The notes under the pieces were generated by a model. The model was not told where the DNA came from and searched no databases. It saw only the letters and a list, made by a program, of their open reading frames with translations. A stretch of DNA of 64,000 nt from Candidatus Bathyarchaeota archaeon (GTDB lineage Archaea; Thermoproteota; Bathyarchaeia; 40CM-2-53-6). The stretch lies in assembly GCA_963726255.1 (NCBI GenBank), contig CAVSBL010000002.1, forward strand, positions 1,184,001 to 1,248,000. The letters are read 5' to 3'. This document shows, one piece after another, positions 58,136 to 64,000 of this stretch; position 1 is the stretch's first letter; the number at the start of each line of letters is the position of its first letter. A program made the position numbers and the translations under genes.

Positions 58136-58432
58136 CTAGGAGGGTTCGCTTCCTAGAAACGTCATGAACCCTTGCACCTTTCTGTACGCGTCCAGGAACT
58201 CTAACCCCCGCCGGGTTATGTGATAGAAGCGACTTTCGCCTGCGGTGCGAATTGAGAGCAGGCCGAAGTTCGAGAGAGTTTCTAGTATCGGTTTGATCCT
58301 GTCGATGGGTAAGCCGGCGCCGTACGAGATTCTTGTGACAAGTGCGCCCTCGGGGCGGCGTTTAATGACCTCAAGTATGTCAGCATAGATGTCCATCCGA
58401 GAGCGTTTCTTCAAAGAACCCCGCCAACCCAA
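58136..58432 (-). CDS. Winged-HTH transcriptional regulator (archaeal RS...I..DIL type)
   Basis: RSRMDIYADIL...T.I.Y...L......L..L...GLL......Y.IT.RG.EFL. Confidence 0.85.
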   Translation of the reverse strand: MGWRGSLKKRSRMDIYADILEVIKRRPEGALVTRISYGAGLPIDRIKPILETLSNFGLLSIRTAGESRFYHITRRGLEFLDAYRKVQGFMTFLGSEPS

Positions 58433-58518
58433 GAAACCACAGAATATGCCTAGTAAGGTTTCCCGCCGGAACCCGAACGGCCGCGAAGAAGAACTGGAAC
58501 TGGAGAGTCAAGACCGAC

Positions 58519-61362
58519 TTATTCGTTGGTGGCTTCATGGGCTGATCGCCTTCGGCCGGGCCACCTCAGGTTCAACGCAAGGAGCACGCAGAAGAGGGTA
58601 ATCGACACTACCAACCAGCCGACCCCATACAAATCGGGCGAATTTGGCGCACCCAACGGGCTCCAACTCGCGGTAACCCCCTTTGGCGAGTCCACTGTGA
58701 GCAGGATTCTAGGACTATTCTCGTTTGAATCGCCCATCCAGCGGTCGAAGATTAGAGAAAGTTGGGTGATCACAGGTGGAGAAACAATTACTGTGGCTGT
58801 GGAATTTTCATCATACCAACCAGTTCCTTCTGTCGTAGCGTAGGGTGAGTTTACGCTCACGAAGTATTGCTTTGAGTATAGGGCGGTTAGAGTGGTATCG
58901 TTGTCCAACTCCACTTTCTTTGAGGGATCGTTGGTCGAATCCCCCCAACCCAGGAAGTGTACCCGAGAAACGTTGTTCAAGTAAGCGAACGTCGGCACCT
59001 GGAAGGTGTGCAACCCTCGCACGGTTTCCATCTGAAGCCTCCCGGTCGTATCAGTCTGGTATGATGCACCGTCAAACAATACCGTGACATTTGGAAAGGA
59101 AGTTTCGACGGTTACTTTCACAAGATTTGTTACCGTTATGTTGGCTGGATACGGTTTGGATGATGGCACCCACGTCTCGCCAGACTTGACAAGTACAAGG
59201 AAGAGTAGCGCCAATTGCGAGGCATTTGAAAACGGAGGCATTACCAGCCGAACAGATCGACTGTCGGCTTGGGCGGTCGGAATTGTTTCTGCGCTCAAGA
59301 CTGCGTGGTTAGCCGCATTATATGCGATGACCGTCGCGTTCTGACCCATTGCTAATCTGTAACTAGCGTTAACGTCCACAACAAATGGCTCGCCTACTGG
59401 GACTTTACTCGGTGCTTGCACCGAAATCACTGTGGCAGCTGTATTTGCAGTTGCGGTAGAGTTCTCGACCGGCTCAAAACCGGCGGGCTGGTATTGCAGG
59501 GCTTTTGACTTCTCGATGAAACTGACGACTAGGTTGACGGCGGTAGAGTCGTATTCGCCCGTTTGGCGTATCGTCCAGACTTCGTGCCCAACATCGTCAA
59601 GAACATGGAACTCTTTGTGGAAGTAGTAAGTGCCGTGCCAACCCTCTGAAGGTGCGCTATCGTAGAACTGTTGTCCGGTCGCCTGATAGTCGGGTAGGTT
59701 TCCTCCGTAGAGAAACATCAGGTTCGCGCGTAGCTCGTGTGCGCTTTCGATTATCGTCATGGCGAGTGGCACCGTGATAAGAACCACTCCGTCCTGACTT
59801 GTCCAACCTTCTGAATCGGAATGGGCTGCCTCCATGGCCGCAGCCTGTCCCCCCACCGAATACCCTACGAGGTATGTGTGCTGGTACCCCTGCTCCTTTA
59901 TCCAATCGTGGACGTGCGATAGAACTGTGGACTGGGATTCTATGAGTTCTTGGTTGATTGTTCGGTTTGCGACGGGGTTGAAGACCGGCGATGACCCGGC
60001 TTCCAAAGCAACTACGCAATAGTACCTAGCGAGGTCTTGGATGAACCTGACCGTTCCAAAGGACTCGTAGTCAAATGGGTTGATCCAGTACGAATAGTAT
60101 CCTTCAATGGACTCGTCAAAAATCCCGCCTCCAAGCCACAAAATGCATGTGTCACTCCTAGGTTGATTCCAATAGTACCATTGGGCGCCTGCAACGTTCA
60201 CAATGGAAACCTTCGGTTGAATCGGTGCGGCTGACGAGGATGGAAGAACCGTTGAAGAGACAAGAACAATGATGATGAGAACTAGCAATTTCATCGTGGT
60301 TCTTGATGCCGGACCTGAAAGGTGACCCTTGGAACGACGGATGGAGTAACGAATGATCGCCGCACCGGCCAGTAACAGAGAACCCGCAAAGAATATGTCG
60401 GTTGGTAGAGTCAGGTCTACCACGGTTGCCGAATGCGCCCAGACGGCCTTGACACTCTTAGGCCCGTTCATTATCACCGAAGCGACTTCGCTGCTTGAAT
60501 TACTATCGCCTGACCAGCTAGCAAACCGGTACTGTTCCGCAAGAAGCTTGGATTGAACAGGGACAACGTAGATGGGACCTACGGCGAAGGAGGTTTCTGT
60601 GCCCCTTTCATACCAGCCCTCCCCCGAGGTTTGGCCAAAGTCAGACTTTACGGATAGGTAATACTCCGTCCGGTAGACGGCTTGAAGGCTCGAGTCATGG
60701 GGAACGAGAACATTCCGTGAACTGGAAGACAACCCATCACTCCAACCTACAAAGACAAAGCGCACTCCCAGCGAACCTTGGATGATGCTTGGTGCGCTGA
60801 GGTTGTGTATGCCGGGCTGAACTGCCAAGGTAACTGAGGACCCGTCATTTAGCGGATATTCTGAGCCGTCGAGTTTGATTGGCGCGTTGGCTCCCAGTGC
60901 GCTCAAGGTTAATGTCAGGGTGTTCGAAATTGTAATGTTGAAGGGTACTGCCCCACCGTTTGGGTCTAGGTACCATGCGTTCTGCCACCAAACTCGGTTC
61001 ACCGCGATAAGATGCCATTCCCCTTCAGTGGATGGAGCGGTTAGGTTGAAGGTGAAAGTCGTTCTTCCTGGGCTGGTAAATTGGCTGATAAACGTCAAGC
61101 TCTGCAGCACCAAACCTGCATTATCGTCCCAGATTCCAACATCAGCAAGATAGCGATCTGAATATTCAATGGCCAATGCGACTTCGAGGTGCGCACCTGG
61201 GAACTCCTCGTTGAGGTGGCCGATGGCGACTATCTTCGCTATCGGCGGCGAGGCTGCGTGGATTGGTGTTGCTTGAAGTATCGCCAGCAAAAAAAGGGCG
61301 ACAACGAAAACAAATGCGAAAAGGTTGAGTGCCCGGCCACGTCGCATGCGGAGTCCATGCAA
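58519..61362 (-). CDS. Large membrane-anchored surface protein: Ig-like/InlB-B-like repeats plus alpha/beta-hydrolase domain
   Basis: Signal peptide; two F.GW.D...Y..V.S..G.T.G.GWY modules; central WLGGG, GYSVGG and GHE motifs; internal and C-terminal TM segments. Confidence 0.7.
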   Translation of the reverse strand: MHGLRMRRGRALNLFAFVFVVALFLLAILQATPIHAASPPIAKIVAIGHLNEEFPGAHLEVALAIEYSDRYLADVGIWDDNAGLVLQSLTFISQFTSPGRTTFTFNLTAPSTEGEWHLIAVNRVWWQNAWYLDPNGGAVPFNITISNTLTLTLSALGANAPIKLDGSEYPLNDGSSVTLAVQPGIHNLSAPSIIQGSLGVRFVFVGWSDGLSSSSRNVLVPHDSSLQAVYRTEYYLSVKSDFGQTSGEGWYERGTETSFAVGPIYVVPVQSKLLAEQYRFASWSGDSNSSSEVASVIMNGPKSVKAVWAHSATVVDLTLPTDIFFAGSLLLAGAAIIRYSIRRSKGHLSGPASRTTMKLLVLIIIVLVSSTVLPSSSAAPIQPKVSIVNVAGAQWYYWNQPRSDTCILWLGGGIFDESIEGYYSYWINPFDYESFGTVRFIQDLARYYCVVALEAGSSPVFNPVANRTINQELIESQSTVLSHVHDWIKEQGYQHTYLVGYSVGGQAAAMEAAHSDSEGWTSQDGVVLITVPLAMTIIESAHELRANLMFLYGGNLPDYQATGQQFYDSAPSEGWHGTYYFHKEFHVLDDVGHEVWTIRQTGEYDSTAVNLVVSFIEKSKALQYQPAGFEPVENSTATANTAATVISVQAPSKVPVGEPFVVDVNASYRLAMGQNATVIAYNAANHAVLSAETIPTAQADSRSVRLVMPPFSNASQLALLFLVLVKSGETWVPSSKPYPANITVTNLVKVTVETSFPNVTVLFDGASYQTDTTGRLQMETVRGLHTFQVPTFAYLNNVSRVHFLGWGDSTNDPSKKVELDNDTTLTALYSKQYFVSVNSPYATTEGTGWYDENSTATVIVSPPVITQLSLIFDRWMGDSNENSPRILLTVDSPKGVTASWSPLGAPNSPDLYGVGWLVVSITLFCVLLALNLRWPGRRRSAHEATNE

Positions 61363-61538
61363 TACTGGTTTGTGACTTATTCAAAGCCACCGTATTGATC
61401 GCCCCGGACAGGGGGCCAACACACCACTCATCCATTATAACCGCGTGCGCTTTGCCCCGACTGAACAACCATGTTCGAGTCCGACCTAACGTAGATAAAT
61501 TGCGGTCACGTTTCGCCGAACCTATTGGAGCCTTGAAG

Positions 61539-62516
61539 TTGCCCGCGAACCCTGAGAAAGCAATTACTGTGTCAGATCTTCGCAGGGTATACCATAGCTC
61601 TCAGGGGATCTTCAAGAAGACTCGGAACGTTGTCGAAGCGGTAAAGGGCATCTCCTTTGACGTGGATTACGGCGAACTTTTCGGCCTAGTAGGGCCGAAC
61701 GGCGCTGGGAAAACTACCACCATCAAAATGCTCACGACACTGTTAACGCCGACTTCTGGAACCGCGAAAGTTCTTGGTTTTGACATCGTCAAAGATGTCA
61801 TCGCTATTAGACGGGGGATAGGAATAATCTTCGGCGGAGAAAGAGGACTCTATTACAGGGTAAGCGGCCGGGAGAATCTCAGATATTTCGCTGACCTATA
61901 CGGGGTATCGCTTTCGAAACGTGAGAAGAGGATTGACGAGCTTCTCAAGATGGTTGGCCTTGCGGAACGAGCCGAGGAACGGGTCGAAGGATACTCCCGG
62001 GGCATGAAGCAAAGACTGCACATAGCCAAAGGCCTGATCAACGACCCGAAAGTAATCTTCATGGATGAACCCACGATAGGCCTGGACCCGGAGGCGGCTC
62101 GAGAGACTCGGGCAATGATTAAGGGGCTGGTTGAGAACGGAAAAACGATACTCCTCACAACGCATTACATGTATGAGGCGGATGAGCTCTGCCACCGAAT
62201 CGGCGTCATTAGCGGCGGGAGGATTGTTGCATTGGATTCGCCGTCGGCCTTGAAACGCTTTGTGAAAGACGTAACAGTCATTGAGGTTGAGGCCTTCGGA
62301 GTTGCTGACGCAGATTTGATGGCGTTGCGTCAGCAACCTGATGTCACCGCTGTCAACGCGAACCTTGAAGGGGAGCGGCAAACCATTCGAGTCCAAACTG
62401 CCCGCGGGTCAGAATTCATTGCTACGGTCACTAAACTGTTGAGCAAAGCGAAGATAATGGATGTCAGAATAAAGGAACCCACACTTGAAGATGCGTACCT
62501 GAAGCTGGTGGCCTAA
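61539..62516 (+). CDS. ABC-2 exporter ATP-binding subunit (DrrA-like)
   Basis: GPNGAGKTT, YSRGMKQR, MDEPT, TTHYM; TTG start after GGAG. Confidence 0.9.
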   Translation: MPANPEKAITVSDLRRVYHSSQGIFKKTRNVVEAVKGISFDVDYGELFGLVGPNGAGKTTTIKMLTTLLTPTSGTAKVLGFDIVKDVIAIRRGIGIIFGGERGLYYRVSGRENLRYFADLYGVSLSKREKRIDELLKMVGLAERAEERVEGYSRGMKQRLHIAKGLINDPKVIFMDEPTIGLDPEAARETRAMIKGLVENGKTILLTTHYMYEADELCHRIGVISGGRIVALDSPSALKRFVKDVTVIEVEAFGVADADLMALRQQPDVTAVNANLEGERQTIRVQTARGSEFIATVTKLLSKAKIMDVRIKEPTLEDAYLKLVA

Positions 62517-63305
62517 TTGAAGGCAGAAATGCAAACTCTCTGGGGTTCCTTCAGGATGAGCATGCTGAATTTCTTTTCCGACCCACAGTGGATAATACCG
62601 AACATAATTGCGCCTTTCGTATTCACCGCCGTAGCTTTGATATTCTTCAGAAACGCCTCAGGTTCCCTCGCCTTGTATGCGGTTTTGGGTGGTGGAATGA
62701 TGGGCATGTGGGGCAGCACTCTTTACGGAGCAGGGTTTGCCTTGTCATTCGACCGCTGGAATGGGACTTTAGAATATGTTCTGGCGACACCGTCTCGGCT
62801 AGTCTGGATCGTCGCAGGCCGTTCCGCTTCCAGCGCTGTTCTGGGACTCGTAAATGCGCTGGCCGTACTCATTGTTGCAGTTCTCGGTTTCAAAGCCCAG
62901 CTTGGTATCGTCGACCCAGTCACATTTCTGTTAGCCTTGGTTCTGACCCTTGCATCACTTTCCGCGCTAGGAGTCCTATTCTGCTCCTCTTTCCTCCTAA
63001 CCCGCTCAGCTTCGGTACTGACGAATGGGTTGGAGATGCCGATCTATGTAGCGTCAGGTTCAATGTTTCCTATAGCATTGCTTCCATTTTGGTCGCATCC
63101 TCTCTCATTATCGCTGGGACCAACGTGGGGAATTGATGCAATGCGCCACGCCGCCGACGCCACTTACACTGGGATGAGTTTCGGTTTCTGGCCGGACATC
63201 CTGGTTTTGGTCGCTTCAACCATTGTTTACTTGGCCATAGGGTTCTGGCTCTTCATTATCGTAGAGAAGAAAGCGCGGCGGGACGCTAGCCTGGTGGAGT
63301 ATTAG
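62517..63305 (+). CDS. ABC-2 exporter permease
   Basis: DRWNGTLE..LATP, SG..FP...LP; 6 TM segments. Confidence 0.88.
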   Translation: MKAEMQTLWGSFRMSMLNFFSDPQWIIPNIIAPFVFTAVALIFFRNASGSLALYAVLGGGMMGMWGSTLYGAGFALSFDRWNGTLEYVLATPSRLVWIVAGRSASSAVLGLVNALAVLIVAVLGFKAQLGIVDPVTFLLALVLTLASLSALGVLFCSSFLLTRSASVLTNGLEMPIYVASGSMFPIALLPFWSHPLSLSLGPTWGIDAMRHAADATYTGMSFGFWPDILVLVASTIVYLAIGFWLFIIVEKKARRDASLVEY

Positions 63306-63308
63306 CCT

Positions 63309-64000
63309 TTGGCTTCAAACCTCCAAGAGTGGCCTGCCCTCCGAATATTCTTCAGCAGCGCCAACTTCGCATTCAGGGCCCTGTTTTCTTGGCTGCGTCC
63401 GGAAATGTGGCTAATGCAGGTTCTTACGTTGCCCCTATTCGAGATGGCTTTCTTCGTCTACCTGGCCCGCTTCGTGGCTCCGGCATCGTCGAATATCGCT
63501 TTCATTGCAGTGGGTAATGCCATGCAAGTGGCATCATTCAGCTCGATCTTCGCTGTTTGCAACCTCACCTCGGAGGAGAAATGGCAAGGAACGCTCATAC
63601 CGCTCATCGCGACGCCTGCAAATCGGTTTCCACTCTTCTTAGGCCGCGCCACATTCCAGATATTCAACGGAATGGCCTCGATCGCTGTGGGGTTCATCTA
63701 CGCCACATTCATCTTCGGCGTCGACATGTCGCAGGCCAACTTTCTAACACTCTCCCTAGTCATTCTAATCACATCACTGGCCATGACCGGCTTCGGGTTG
63801 ATGCTTGGGAGTATCGGCCTCTTCATGCGGACAGCCATGATAATTGCAAACATATTCCTCTTCATCGGGCAACTGCTCTGCGGTGTCAATTTCCCCGTTA
63901 CAGTACTCCCCACCTGGCTGCAACCGGTCTCTTACGCCATTCCCATGACATATGGAACAATGGCTGCGAGGGAAGCGGTTCAGGGGTGGGGGATTGTGCA
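63309..64000 (+). CDS. Second ABC-2 permease (runs off window end)
   Basis: Manual translation from TTG 63309: ...FRALFSWLRPE...EEKWQGTL..LIATPANR...CGVNFPV..LP. Confidence 0.85.
   Translation, partial: MASNLQEWPALRIFFSSANFAFRALFSWLRPEMWLMQVLTLPLFEMAFFVYLARFVAPASSNIAFIAVGNAMQVASFSSIFAVCNLTSEEKWQGTLIPLIATPANRFPLFLGRATFQIFNGMASIAVGFIYATFIFGVDMSQANFLTLSLVILITSLAMTGFGLMLGSIGLFMRTAMIIANIFLFIGQLLCGVNFPVTVLPTWLQPVSYAIPMTYGTMAAREAVQGWGIV

Overview
Archaeal chromosomal window with roughly balanced GC by eye. TACK-like markers (rpl40e, BHB-intron tRNA-Val, PAC2, DUF2153-aKMT pair, DPSL, Tfx, CydAA') fit a Bathyarchaeia-like organism, but this assignment is inference. Left part: partial pdaD and an osmotic-stress/trehalose cluster (TM-helix protein, OtsB, GH15, MscS, TreT-like GT4, wHTH-VIT1 fusion). 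From about 8.3 to 25.5 kb lies a metal/oxygen-stress block bounded by gene remnants and a tRNA-like 3' fragment. It holds a CtaG/DUF1404-like protein, a CuA-like cupredoxin, ZIP, NikR-regulated NikMNQO, CydAA' quinol oxidase, NRAMP, DPSL, TrmO, an intein-interrupted Mrp/ApbC Fe-S carrier and MIP18. The rest is housekeeping and catabolic genes: UDG, TldD/PmbA, peptidases, MenA, Pat, a 2-oxoacid dehydrogenase E1a/E1b/E2, ThyX, Lhr, a bactofilin-like repeat protein, a composite surface hydrolase and an ABC-2 exporter. Most notable: a 385-aa LAGLIDADG intein in the DLPPG|T motif of Mrp/ApbC; three genes whose conserved N-termini need near-cognate start codons (CTG, ATA, ACG/ATC); several unannotated micro-ORFs, three of them zinc-finger-like; and candidate operators and a tandem-hairpin element upstream of cydAA'. 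No CRISPR array, rRNA, transposase or integrase was seen. All product calls come from motif recognition by eye; no database search was run.
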